This document shows, one piece after another, positions 28,885 through 38,881 of a stretch of DNA of 64,000 bases; the first letter of the stretch is position 1; every line of letters starts with the position of its first letter. Where the stretch lies: assembly GCA_040753015.1 (NCBI GenBank), contig JBFMHM010000003.1, positions 218-64,217 on the forward strand. The letters are read 5' to 3'. The notes beneath the pieces are model-generated. The model had not been told where the DNA came from, ran no database searches, and saw only the letters and a program-made list of their open reading frames with translations. This stretch comes from Candidatus Omnitrophota bacterium (GTDB taxonomy: Bacteria > Omnitrophota > Gorgyraeia > Gygaellales > JBFMHM01). The translations under genes and the position numbers were made by a program.

Positions 28885-30159
28885 TTATTGTCCTTGGCTC
28901 ATACTTGCCAAAAAATCTTTGTTAGTTTTTGTTTTACCTAATTTTTGAATTAAAAGCTCCATTGCCTCGGCAGGATTCAAATCATTCAAAACTTTCCTTA
29001 AAATCCAACAGCGCCTTAATTCATCTTCCTTAAGCAGTAATTCTTCATGCCGCGTATTAGAACGCTTAATATCAATTGCTGGATAAATTCTCCTCTGAAA
29101 AAGCATCCTGTCTAATGTTAATTCCATATTACCCGTGCCTTTAAACTCTTCAAAAATAACGTCATCCATGCGGCTGCCAGTATCAATAAGCGCTGTTGCA
29201 ATAATACTAAGGCTCCCCCCTTCTTCAATCTTTCTTGCTGCACCAAAAAATCTTTTTGGTTTCTGAAGCGCATTTGAATCAACACCACCCGATAAAACCT
29301 TTCCGCTGTGCGGAACAACAGAGTTATAAGCACGCGCAAGCCGCGTAATACTATCCAGAAGAATTACAACATCACGTTTCTGCTCAACTAGGCGCTTTGC
29401 TTTTTCCAAGATAATTTCTGCAACTTGTATATGCCTCTCTGGAGGCTCATCAAAAGTAGAAGAAACAACCTCTCCCTTCACATGCCTTTGCATATCGGTA
29501 ACTTCTTCTGGGCGTTCGTCGATTAAAAGAACCATTAAAATAACATCGGGAAAATTCAATGTTATAGCGTTTGCTATTTTCTGTAAAAGGACAGTTTTGC
29601 CACTATAAGGTGGCGCAACAATTAAAGCACGCTGGCCCTTGCCTAATGGAGTAAGTAAATCCATAATCCTTGTTGATATCTCCTCTTGAACTGTCTCTAA
29701 AGTCAGGCGCTCGTGAGGATAAAGCGGCGTTAAATTATCAAATAACACACGCTCTTTAATCTTCTCAGGATTTTCAAAATTTACTGCTTCTACTTTGAGT
29801 AACGCGAAATATTTTTCTCCCTCTTTAGGAGGCCGAATCTGGCCACTCACCGTATCTCCTGTCTTTAAGTCAAATTTTCTTATTTGGGAAGGTGAAATAT
29901 AAATATCATCTGGTCCTGGTAAATAGTTATAGTTTGACGATCGTAAAAATCCAAAACCTTCTGGTAATATTTCAAGCACACCTTCCCCAAACATAAACCC
30001 TTCTTTCTCGGCTTGGGCTTGCAATATCTTAAAAATCAAATCCTGTTTTTTAAGGCCGCTTACACCATTTACAGACAAACTTTTTGCAATCTTATTCAGA
30101 TCAACAATTTTCTTTTCTTTTAAATGTTCTATATCCATCTTTTTTAACGTCTCTTCCAT
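28885..30159 (-). CDS. rho: transcription termination factor Rho
   Basis: N-terminal RNA-binding domain ([14 protein letters not shown]) and a RecA-like ATPase core. 424 aa. Confidence 0.92.
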   Translation of the reverse strand: MEETLKKMDIEHLKEKKIVDLNKIAKSLSVNGVSGLKKQDLIFKILQAQAEKEGFMFGEGVLEILPEGFGFLRSSNYNYLPGPDDIYISPSQIRKFDLKTGDTVSGQIRPPKEGEKYFALLKVEAVNFENPEKIKERVLFDNLTPLYPHERLTLETVQEEISTRIMDLLTPLGKGQRALIVAPPYSGKTVLLQKIANAITLNFPDVILMVLLIDERPEEVTDMQRHVKGEVVSSTFDEPPERHIQVAEIILEKAKRLVEQKRDVVILLDSITRLARAYNSVVPHSGKVLSGGVDSNALQKPKRFFGAARKIEEGGSLSIIATALIDTGSRMDDVIFEEFKGTGNMELTLDRMLFQRRIYPAIDIKRSNTRHEELLLKEDELRRCWILRKVLNDLNPAEAMELLIQKLGKTKTNKDFLASMSQGQ

Positions 30160-30161
30160 CT

Positions 30162-30695
30162 TTATTTTTCTCCCTTGTTTTTGATTTCTCGCCAGATATA
30201 CCTGGCCTGCTTTTTCATATCTGCTAAACTCCCCCGATTATCAATTACGAAATCCGCTTGTTTAATTTTTTTTCTTAGAGGCATCTGTCTTTTTATTAAT
30301 TTAACCGCCTGTGCCCTGCTCAAGCCCAAATATTCTTTTGCTCGCTTTAGCTGTACAAATCTATCCGCCTTAACAACTATTAAAAAATCTGTTAATTTAT
30401 CTAAACCTGCCTCAATCAATAAAGGCGCATCAATTATTAAATCAAAATTTTCTTCTCGTGATTTTTTTATACTTTGCTTTATTTGGTCAATTATAAAAGG
30501 ATGGGTCAGGCGTTCCAATTTTTTAAATTCTGTTTCATTATTGAAAATTATTTTTCTTAAGTTTCGCCTAGTTCTATAATCCAATAATTTATGGGCTATC
30601 TTATCAGCATTTATAACCTTAAATCCAAACTTCGAAAAAAAACTACTTACTGTAGTTTTTCCGCAAGCCAAACCACCGGTCACACCTAAAATCAT
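30162..30695 (-). CDS. coaE: dephospho-CoA kinase
   Basis: P-loop [14 protein letters not shown]. 177 aa. Confidence 0.88.
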   Translation of the reverse strand: MILGVTGGLACGKTTVSSFFSKFGFKVINADKIAHKLLDYRTRRNLRKIIFNNETEFKKLERLTHPFIIDQIKQSIKKSREENFDLIIDAPLLIEAGLDKLTDFLIVVKADRFVQLKRAKEYLGLSRAQAVKLIKRQMPLRKKIKQADFVIDNRGSLADMKKQARYIWREIKNKGEK

Positions 30696-32083
30696 TTTAT
30701 AGATTTATAAAGTTGAATATATTTCTTTATTTGTTTATCCCAAGAAAAATCATACCTAAAGGCATTTTGCACTAATTTTCGCCATTTCAACTTATTATTA
30801 TAAATTAATAATGCTTTTTTAACAGTTTGAATAAATGATTGTTTATCGTAACTATCAAAAATAAACCCGTTGTCTTTATTGACTGTATCGCTTAGACCGC
30901 CTGTTTTAAATACCAATGGAAGTGTGCCATATTTAAGGCTAATCATCTGGCCCAAACCACAAGGTTCATAGTGCGATGGCATTAAGAAAATATCACATCC
31001 TGCATAAATTTTATGGGCTAATTCATTATCAAATTTTATAAAGCTTACTATTCTATCCGGGTATTCATTTGAAATTTTTCCAAGCAAACTATGATAGTAA
31101 TCTTCACCTGTGCCCAAGAAAATAAATTGTAAATTTAGTTGGCATAACTCATTAATGCTCGAGGCAATCAAATCCATCCCCTTTTGGCCAGCAAGCCTGC
31201 CAACAAATCCTAATAAAGGAACTTTTATTTGTTTGAGACCACACTCATCTCTCAATTTTTGTTTATTAATATATTTCTTATTAATACTTTTTTGTCCATA
31301 TTTATTATAAATTAAGTTATCACGACTAGGATTCCAAAGACTATAGTCAAGCCCATTTATAATACCGCTTAAGTCTTTGTCCCTCTTTAATAAAACTCCT
31401 TGGAGTCCGGCGCCTAATTCTTTTGTCTGGATTTCTTTGGAATAGGTAGGGCTTACAGTAGTGATTTTATCGCTAAATAAAATACCACCTTTCAAAAAAC
31501 TTATCTTATCATAAAATTCCAAACCATCAATATTAAAAATTTTCCAATCAAGGCCTAATTTTGGAAATTCATCCTTTGAAAATAACCCTTGATAACCCAA
31601 GTTATGAATAGTAAGAACCGATTTTATACCCCTATAAAAATCATCGTGCGCATAGATATTCTTTAAATAAACAGGAATCAACGAAGTCTGCCAATCATGA
31701 CAATGAACTATATCTGCTCTGAAATTTATTATTCTTAATAACTCAAGCGCTTTAATGGAAAAATATGAAAATCTTGCTAGATTATCCTGATAATCCCCCA
31801 GCGTTTCACCATAAAGCCCAAATCTATCATAATACCAATTATTTTCAATAAAATAGACCTCTACATTTCTACCAATTTTTGTCATAAGTATTTCATCATT
31901 AACCCTTTTTAACTTTGATTCTTTACTAAAAAAATAATTTTTAACATGTTTATAGAACGGCAATACCGCCTTTACTTCTACTTTTTGTTTTTCAAGATAC
32001 AAAGGTATCGCTCCGCAAACATCTGCAAGGCCGCCTGTCTTTGCGAACGGCACCATTTCACTAGAAATCAATAGGACTCTCAT
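30692..32083 (-). CDS. glgA: glycogen synthase (ADP-glucose type, GT5)
   Basis: N-terminal EMVPFAKTGGLADV motif. 463 aa. Confidence 0.88.
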   Translation of the reverse strand: MRVLLISSEMVPFAKTGGLADVCGAIPLYLEKQKVEVKAVLPFYKHVKNYFFSKESKLKRVNDEILMTKIGRNVEVYFIENNWYYDRFGLYGETLGDYQDNLARFSYFSIKALELLRIINFRADIVHCHDWQTSLIPVYLKNIYAHDDFYRGIKSVLTIHNLGYQGLFSKDEFPKLGLDWKIFNIDGLEFYDKISFLKGGILFSDKITTVSPTYSKEIQTKELGAGLQGVLLKRDKDLSGIINGLDYSLWNPSRDNLIYNKYGQKSINKKYINKQKLRDECGLKQIKVPLLGFVGRLAGQKGMDLIASSINELCQLNLQFIFLGTGEDYYHSLLGKISNEYPDRIVSFIKFDNELAHKIYAGCDIFLMPSHYEPCGLGQMISLKYGTLPLVFKTGGLSDTVNKDNGFIFDSYDKQSFIQTVKKALLIYNNKLKWRKLVQNAFRYDFSWDKQIKKYIQLYKSIK

Positions 32084-32097
32084 TTTACTCTTTCATA

Positions 32098-34641
32098 TTA
32101 AGCATCTAGCCAATTTTTGCCGATTTTGATATCAATCTTTATCGGTACATCTAATTTAAAAACATTTTCCATTCTATCTCTGGCAATTCTTTTAACTAAA
32201 TCTAGTTCCTTATTATTAACTTCAAATAATAATTCATCGTGAATCTGTAGAATCATTTTTGATAATAGCTGCTCTTTATCAAACTCTTTATCGATATTAA
32301 TCATTGCTATTTTTATGATATCAGCGCTTGACCCCTGTATAGGGCTGTTAATTGCCTGGCGCTGGCTAAACTCACGCAAGCTCTTATTTTGACTATTGAT
32401 TTCGCGAATAAATCTTTTTCTTCCAAAAATAGTTGTAACAAACCCATTGTTTTTCGCAAACTCAATCTGTTTTTCTATAAATTCTTTAACACCATTATAT
32501 TTTATAAAATAAGTATCAATAAAACTTTGCGCAGCATCTTGATTAATTTCTAAATCCTGGCTTAAACCATAAGCACTCATACCATAAACAATTGCAAAAT
32601 TTATTCTTTTTGCAACATTTCTCATATCAGCAGTTATATTTTTTTTATCTACGCCATAAATAAGGCCGGCTGTATGTAAATGAACATCCTCACCATTTTT
32701 GAATGCCTGGGTTAATTCTTTATCCTTGGACATATGGGCCAAAATTCTTAATTCTATCTGCGAATAATCACAAGATACTATAAAATCTTCTTTATTTTTA
32801 GGAACAAATGCCTTCCTTAACTGACTTGAAATATCGGTCTTAATTGGAATATTTTGCAAATTAGGATTATTCATACTTAAACGCCCTGTTTCTGTGCCAA
32901 CCTGGTTAAAATATGCATGTATCCTATTTGTATTTTTATCAACAAGTTCTGGCAAAGAATCAATGTAACCCGTTTTTAGCTTAATCAGATGCCGATATTC
33001 TAATATTAATTTTGCGATTTTATAGTCTTTACTTAACTGTTTCAATACAAACTCATTTGTAGAAGGCCCCGTTTTACCCCGCTTGATTACCGGAAGACCT
33101 AACTCCTGAAACAATATTACCGCAAGCTGTTTTGGTGAATTTAAATTAAATTTCTTGCTAGCATTAGTAAAAATTTCATTCTCTAACCCATTAATTTTAT
33201 ATTCGATATCTTTTGATAAACTATTTATTAATTTTAAATCTAAAGCTATACCATTTATTTCCATTTTTGCAAGAATTTTGACTAGCGGCATCTCAATATC
33301 ATAAAATAAAGACTCCATATTGTTTTCTTCTATTTTTTTTCTTAAAACTTCATAGAGGCGGGCGATTAAAACTAGATTTTTCTCTGGACTGGCGTTTCTA
33401 ACCGTTAACCCTAAATAATCATAAATTAAACCCCCGAGGCTAAAATCTGTCTTCGATGAATCAATCAAGTAAGCCGCAATCATTACATCGAAAATTTTAC
33501 CATTAATATTAAATTTAAGCTTGTTGGAAACTTTGAATTCTTGCTTTAAATCAAATCCTATCTTGTTAATATCTACATTCTCAAATAATGATTTCAATCT
33601 TTCAGGGCTATCTGTTTTAAAAATATTATTTTCATCAATAAAAGTATAAAAATTATAATTACTATCGTTATCCGGTGTAGATATAAAAATAAGCTCTCTT
33701 AATTTATCATAACCTTTAGTTGATTCCTTATTTACCGCAATATTTAAATTACTTAATTCATCATCTTTTATAGGAAGATCTTTTAAAAAAGTTCTAAATT
33801 CAAGCTCTTTGTAAATATCGAAAAGTTCTTTATAATTGGGCGTTTTTAGTTCTAGGTCTCTTAAATTAAAATCTAAAGGCACACAATCTTCTAATTCTAC
33901 CAATTCTCTGCTTAAATTTAAAATATTAGTATCTTTTTTAATCAGATCTGCAACTCTCTGGGGTTTTAAAGAATCAATATTTTCAAGCAAGTTTTCTATA
34001 TTATCATATTGTTTAATTAACGAAATAGCTGTTTTTTCTCCAATACCTTTGACGCCTGGAATATTATCGGTTGCATCACCCATAAGCGCAATAACCTCTG
34101 GTATCAGTTTTGGCGAAACGCCAAATCTATTTAAAACTTCCTTTTCATCGTATAGGATATTTTTTTCTTTATGAGGAATTATTATACTGACTTTTGAAGA
34201 GATTAATTGTAATAAATCTTTATCTGCTGTCAGAATTTTAACATTAAGGCCTTCTTCAACGGATTTTTTACATAATGTAGCAATTAAATCATCTGCCTCG
34301 TAACCTTGGTATTCAAAAATTGAGATATTAAAAGCGGCCAAAATCTTTTTAATAATTGTTAATTGATTTACTAAATCATCGGGCATTTTTGGACGCTGAA
34401 TTTTATAATCTGAAAACTTTCTCTGCCTAAATGTATCTCGTGAAACATCAAAACAAGCTGCAATATAACCATATTTTCCACCTTCCAAGAACTTATTCAA
34501 CATATTAACAAAACCATATATTGCACCTGTTGGCATACCCTTAGTATTCGTCAATGCGGGCAAAGCAAAAAAAGCCCTATAACATAAGGCATTAGCATCA
34601 ATAATAAATAGATCAGAATGTTTTTCTTTAGCTGTAAGCAT
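32098..34641 (-). CDS. polA: DNA polymerase I
   Basis: N-terminal 5'-3' exonuclease/FEN region, and the C-terminal family-A polymerase motifs RRxAKxxNFGxxYG-like (RNVAKRINFAIVYG) and HDE (QIHDELLFE). 847 aa. Confidence 0.92.
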   Translation of the reverse strand: MLTAKEKHSDLFIIDANALCYRAFFALPALTNTKGMPTGAIYGFVNMLNKFLEGGKYGYIAACFDVSRDTFRQRKFSDYKIQRPKMPDDLVNQLTIIKKILAAFNISIFEYQGYEADDLIATLCKKSVEEGLNVKILTADKDLLQLISSKVSIIIPHKEKNILYDEKEVLNRFGVSPKLIPEVIALMGDATDNIPGVKGIGEKTAISLIKQYDNIENLLENIDSLKPQRVADLIKKDTNILNLSRELVELEDCVPLDFNLRDLELKTPNYKELFDIYKELEFRTFLKDLPIKDDELSNLNIAVNKESTKGYDKLRELIFISTPDNDSNYNFYTFIDENNIFKTDSPERLKSLFENVDINKIGFDLKQEFKVSNKLKFNINGKIFDVMIAAYLIDSSKTDFSLGGLIYDYLGLTVRNASPEKNLVLIARLYEVLRKKIEENNMESLFYDIEMPLVKILAKMEINGIALDLKLINSLSKDIEYKINGLENEIFTNASKKFNLNSPKQLAVILFQELGLPVIKRGKTGPSTNEFVLKQLSKDYKIAKLILEYRHLIKLKTGYIDSLPELVDKNTNRIHAYFNQVGTETGRLSMNNPNLQNIPIKTDISSQLRKAFVPKNKEDFIVSCDYSQIELRILAHMSKDKELTQAFKNGEDVHLHTAGLIYGVDKKNITADMRNVAKRINFAIVYGMSAYGLSQDLEINQDAAQSFIDTYFIKYNGVKEFIEKQIEFAKNNGFVTTIFGRKRFIREINSQNKSLREFSQRQAINSPIQGSSADIIKIAMINIDKEFDKEQLLSKMILQIHDELLFEVNNKELDLVKRIARDRMENVFKLDVPIKIDIKIGKNWLDA

Positions 34642-34695
34642 TAATTAGTACAATTTTGGATTAAGGAAAAAATATTGAAGGGTAGTATAATTTTA

Positions 34696-35406
34696 TTACA
34701 TTAATAATTTTTTCTGTGTAGCTCTTAATAAATCTTGCGCCTCTTGATTGTATGGATCTACCTCCATAACTTTAACAAGTTCATTAAAGGCGGGCACATA
34801 ATCTCCTTTATAATAAAGCGCCTTTGCATGCATAAGAGTATTTTTCTGGTGAGTTTTCTCTTGCACAGCTTCAACTTGTTTTTGTTTTATCAAATCTGCC
34901 GTTAATGCTAGCGATTCCTGCTCAACTAATTCTTGTTTAACTGAAGGACAGACCTCTGCGATTTTATAGAGTCTTTCTTGCGCTTTATATGTCCATGGAT
35001 CAGCTGGATTGCCTAATTTTATTCTTAATTTTAAATAATATGCGGCTTGCTCATATTCACCTTTTCTTTCATAAATACTCGCCATATTAGAATAAGCGCT
35101 TAAACAAGCAGGATCAATTTCTATAGCCTTCATATATACGGATTCTGCGCGGTCGTACATCCCCTTGGCCTCATAAATAACGCCTAAATCATTGTAAGCT
35201 GTCGTAAAATAGGGATCTAGCTCTATTGCCTTTTGATAATAAGTCATTGCTAAATTAGCGTCGCCGCTTGATTGCGCCTGCAACCCTAAATCCCTATACG
35301 TTTTAGCATCTTGAGTTAAATCTAAGGCAAAACTTAAAGAAATATTTGTAGAAACAAATACAAAAATAAATAACATTAAACTTATATATTTCTTTAAAAA
35401 TTTCAT
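34696..35406 (-). CDS. tetratricopeptide-repeat protein with signal peptide
   Basis: N-terminal signal peptide, then repeated AxxYxxLGxxYxxxGxYxxA TPR-like units. 236 aa. Confidence 0.65.
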   Translation of the reverse strand: MKFLKKYISLMLFIFVFVSTNISLSFALDLTQDAKTYRDLGLQAQSSGDANLAMTYYQKAIELDPYFTTAYNDLGVIYEAKGMYDRAESVYMKAIEIDPACLSAYSNMASIYERKGEYEQAAYYLKLRIKLGNPADPWTYKAQERLYKIAEVCPSVKQELVEQESLALTADLIKQKQVEAVQEKTHQKNTLMHAKALYYKGDYVPAFNELVKVMEVDPYNQEAQDLLRATQKKLLM

Positions 35407-35480
35407 TTATTTTACCCCCTGTTACTTGTTAGGATAATATGAAAGTTCATTTTAGTCAAGAAAAAAATTTAATTCTTAAG

Positions 35481-36683
35481 CTAATTTTGATCAAAAATTG
35501 TATTTTTTATATTTGATATATCTTGTTTTTCTTTTAACAATTTTAATATATTATCTTTATTAATTAAATCGCCTATAAGAACCGCGCCAACGATTTTATT
35601 ATCTTGTATTATAATTCTTTTATAAATAGAATTTTTATTATCAATCAATTTGCTTTCTTCTAATCCTGATTCTAAATTAAATTTACCCAAAGAGACGATT
35701 CCTAATCCTAATAGATTTAACATTTTTATATTTATAAATCCTTCATATTTTATCGGATTTTCCACAATATTCTCTCCGACAATTTCTCCTTGGCTCAAGG
35801 CGCCCTGCCAGTCATAATTTATATCGTATTTATTCAAAATAAAATTGTAGGCCTCACAGGCCTGCCCAGCTGCATAGATACCAGGAATATTTGTTTTAAA
35901 ATTTTCATCGACAGTAATACCTTTATTTATTTTTATAGAAGTATCCTTTATAAAATTAAGGTTGGGAATACTCCCTTTAGCTATTAAAATTAAAGAGCTT
36001 GAGATAACTTTACCTGATTCAAGCTTTATTGCCCGAGCTTCTTGCTCTCCAATAATCTCGATAACATCCTGGTCAAAAATAAACCTTACTCCAAAATCAT
36101 CCAAATGTCTTTTAATTATAGATGAGGCATATTCATCTAAATAACTAGATAAAGCAAATTTTGATTTTGTTACTACTGTTACATCGAGGTTTCTTTTTCT
36201 GAAACTAACCGCTGCACGAAGGCCAATACTTCCTGAACCAATTATACAAACATCTGATACAACGGGAATTATCTGTAAAATCTTATCTATATCTTCTAAA
36301 GACCTAATCTCAAATACACCATATTTATATGTACCTTTTATTTCTGGAATCTTATTTGTTGCACCGCTAGCTATAAGCAAAATATCATAATCTATATTCG
36401 ACTTATCATCTAGAAAAACTATCTTTTTTTTCTCATTAATCCTTGTAACACTTTTCTCAGAAATAAATTCAATATTATTATCTAAATAAAAATTATTATT
36501 TAAGTAAAATAAGTCGTCTTTTTTTATTTCGCCTGCAAGATAATCTAATAAACGCGGCTTTAAATAAGGAAAATGCTTTTCCTGAGAAATAACTGTGATA
36601 GTAGAACTGGAATCTTTCTTTCGGATAGTTTGAGCAGCGCGAACACCGCTTGCAGAATTACCTATAATGACTATTTTTTTCAT
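35481..36683 (-). CDS. FAD-dependent pyridine nucleotide-disulfide oxidoreductase family flavoprotein (no redox-active CxxxxC seen)
   Basis: Two dinucleotide-binding motifs (IVIIGNSASG and VCIIGSGSIGLRAA). 400 aa. Its stop overlaps the metF-like start (ATGA). Confidence 0.75.
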   Translation of the reverse strand: MKKIVIIGNSASGVRAAQTIRKKDSSSTITVISQEKHFPYLKPRLLDYLAGEIKKDDLFYLNNNFYLDNNIEFISEKSVTRINEKKKIVFLDDKSNIDYDILLIASGATNKIPEIKGTYKYGVFEIRSLEDIDKILQIIPVVSDVCIIGSGSIGLRAAVSFRKRNLDVTVVTKSKFALSSYLDEYASSIIKRHLDDFGVRFIFDQDVIEIIGEQEARAIKLESGKVISSSLILIAKGSIPNLNFIKDTSIKINKGITVDENFKTNIPGIYAAGQACEAYNFILNKYDINYDWQGALSQGEIVGENIVENPIKYEGFINIKMLNLLGLGIVSLGKFNLESGLEESKLIDNKNSIYKRIIIQDNKIVGAVLIGDLINKDNILKLLKEKQDISNIKNTIFDQN

Positions 36684-37549
36684 AATTCTGATTTAGCCAA
36701 TATCTCTGGTATGAATCTCGACCAACCTAATGGCATTATATGAATACCTGCTACCATGGACCGGATTTGCTGTATCGTTTCTGAAGCAATCCTAACACAT
36801 TCTGCATGTTTGTCTTTTGCCTGATTCATCCTTTTGATCAATTCTTCAGGCACAAAAATTCCGGGTATATTTTTATTCATATAATCGGCCATCTTAGATG
36901 ACTTAATTAAAATTATCCCTCCTAGAATAATTGTTTTAATATGTGAAATTTTTTTCATAAAAACTTCGAATCTCCTTAGATCAAATATCCCCTGTGTTTG
37001 GAAAAATTGTGCGCCACAGGCAATTTTTTTTTCCATTTTTATAATTTCTGGTTCGATTGGATCGCAAAAAGGATTAACCACTGCTCCAATGCAAAACTTA
37101 GGAGCAGGACCTTCTAATTTATTTCCTTCCATATCAACACCCTTTTCAAGAGTCTTAACGATATTCAAGAGCTGCACTGAATCAACATCAAAAACTGGTT
37201 TTGCACTAGGATGATCCCCCAGCTTCGGATGATCTCCGGTTAAAACTAGAATATTCTCGATACCAAATAACGCGGCAGATAATATATCTGATTGAAGCGC
37301 AATTCTATTTCTGTCGCGGCAAATAAGCTGATAGATTGGCTCATACCCTTTTTGTTTTAATGCTATACTTACTGCCAAAGACCCGAGCCTCATCACTGAA
37401 CTCTGTGATTCAGTTATATTTATAGCGTCAACTTTCTGGTTTAAAAAATTTAATTCGCTAAAAACACCTGTTAAATCAATGCCCTTTGGTGGGCCAATCT
37501 CTGAAGTAATAATAAATTTTTTATCTTGGATTTTTTCTTTTAATGTCAT
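36680..37549 (-). CDS. metF: methylenetetrahydrofolate reductase
   Basis: 289-aa MTHFR TIM-barrel pattern (ITSEIGPPKG..., LVLTGDHP). Lies between the flavoprotein and folD. Confidence 0.82.
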   Translation of the reverse strand: MTLKEKIQDKKFIITSEIGPPKGIDLTGVFSELNFLNQKVDAINITESQSSVMRLGSLAVSIALKQKGYEPIYQLICRDRNRIALQSDILSAALFGIENILVLTGDHPKLGDHPSAKPVFDVDSVQLLNIVKTLEKGVDMEGNKLEGPAPKFCIGAVVNPFCDPIEPEIIKMEKKIACGAQFFQTQGIFDLRRFEVFMKKISHIKTIILGGIILIKSSKMADYMNKNIPGIFVPEELIKRMNQAKDKHAECVRIASETIQQIRSMVAGIHIMPLGWSRFIPEILAKSEL

Positions 37550-38409
37550 TTTTCTTGCACCCTATATGCGCTTACTACATTTTTCATTAATATTGCTGTT
37601 GTCAACGGGCCAACCCCGCCAGGAACAGGCGTTATGAATGAGGCCTTTTTAATAGCTTCGCTAAAGTCAATATCGCCTACAAGTCTATCACCTACCCTGC
37701 TAATACCAACATCTACTACAACCGCCGCCTTTTTTATCCAATCCGACTTGATTAAATTAGGTTTACCTACTGCAGAAATTAAAATATCGGCTTCTTTAGT
37801 ATGAGAAATTAATTTTCCAGCTTCATATGTTGCGATATGGCATACTGTTACTGTCGCAAATTCTTTCAGCAAAAGTAAAACGAGTGGTTTGCCTACAATT
37901 TCGCTTGAACCGACAATAACAACCTCTTTACCATATAAACCAATGTTATAATTCTTTAATATTTCTATAATTGCCTGTGGCGCACAAGGAGAAAAACGTG
38001 GTTTGCCTAGGGTTAAAAAACCGAGATTCTCTGGATGCATACCCTCAACATCTTTCTCTGGATTAATCTTATAAATCAATTCCTGATAATTTATGTTTTT
38101 TGGGACTGGTGCAATAATAATTATTCCTGTAATCTTTTTATCTTTATTTAAATCATAAATTGTCGAAACAACCTCTGCTTCCTTTACGCTATCAGCCAAT
38201 TTATAATGCAAATATTGTATGCCAATATTTTCGGCAAATTTTTTCTGAGCATTTATATAAACAGATGCGCCCTGATTATCCCCAACTTGAATTGCAGCCA
38301 AATTAGGCAAAAAATCTTTATCTTGTTTAATCCTAGCAATCTCTACGGTAAGCTCTTTTTTTATTTTATCGGCCAGAGGCCTTCCCTCTAAGAGCACTGA
38401 CTGCATCAT
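37546..38409 (-). CDS. folD: bifunctional methylene-THF dehydrogenase / methenyl-THF cyclohydrolase
   Basis: 287 aa. LAAIQVGDN..., GKPL (VGKPLVLLLL) and PVPGGVGPLT motifs. Confidence 0.92.
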   Translation of the reverse strand: MMQSVLLEGRPLADKIKKELTVEIARIKQDKDFLPNLAAIQVGDNQGASVYINAQKKFAENIGIQYLHYKLADSVKEAEVVSTIYDLNKDKKITGIIIIAPVPKNINYQELIYKINPEKDVEGMHPENLGFLTLGKPRFSPCAPQAIIEILKNYNIGLYGKEVVIVGSSEIVGKPLVLLLLKEFATVTVCHIATYEAGKLISHTKEADILISAVGKPNLIKSDWIKKAAVVVDVGISRVGDRLVGDIDFSEAIKKASFITPVPGGVGPLTTAILMKNVVSAYRVQEK

Positions 38410-38881
38410 TATTCTCCTTCATAAAAAGATTTGCGCTTTTAAAAGCAGCCTCTAATAAATATACTCCCGCCTCTAAATCACTTATTAAATAAAAATTTGA
38501 CACCTTAACTAATTGCCTGGCTAGAGCTATAGCATTGTAACAATTCTGACAAATTATATTACTAATATTTACACACTCTTCATAAGCTTTAATTTTTACC
38601 CCATTATCCAAATTCCTCGCTAAAACAACAAGATTATATGCCTCGGTATCTAAAAAAACTAAGAGTTTAAGATTATTTCGTATATTCTCTAGATCCTCTA
38701 AAATTTTTTTTGTTTTACTCCTGGTGTCTTTAAATTTTTTTCCTGTGCTAAAAAGACCCACCATACAAAGTAAACCTGTACCAAGACATCCAGCTAAAGC
38801 GCTAGCTGATCCACCGCCGGGCGTAGGCAAAGACGATGCTAAGTCATCCAAATATTTATTAAGCAATAAGTTTTTTTTCAT
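38366..38881 (-). CDS. fchA: cyclodeaminase/cyclohydrolase family protein (FTCD C-terminal domain-like methenyl-THF cyclohydrolase)
   Basis: 171 aa. SLPTPGGGSASALAGCLG motif, characteristic of the formiminotransferase-cyclodeaminase C-domain family. Confidence 0.8.
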   Translation of the reverse strand: MKKNLLLNKYLDDLASSLPTPGGGSASALAGCLGTGLLCMVGLFSTGKKFKDTRSKTKKILEDLENIRNNLKLLVFLDTEAYNLVVLARNLDNGVKIKAYEECVNISNIICQNCYNAIALARQLVKVSNFYLISDLEAGVYLLEAAFKSANLFMKENNDAVSALRGKASGR

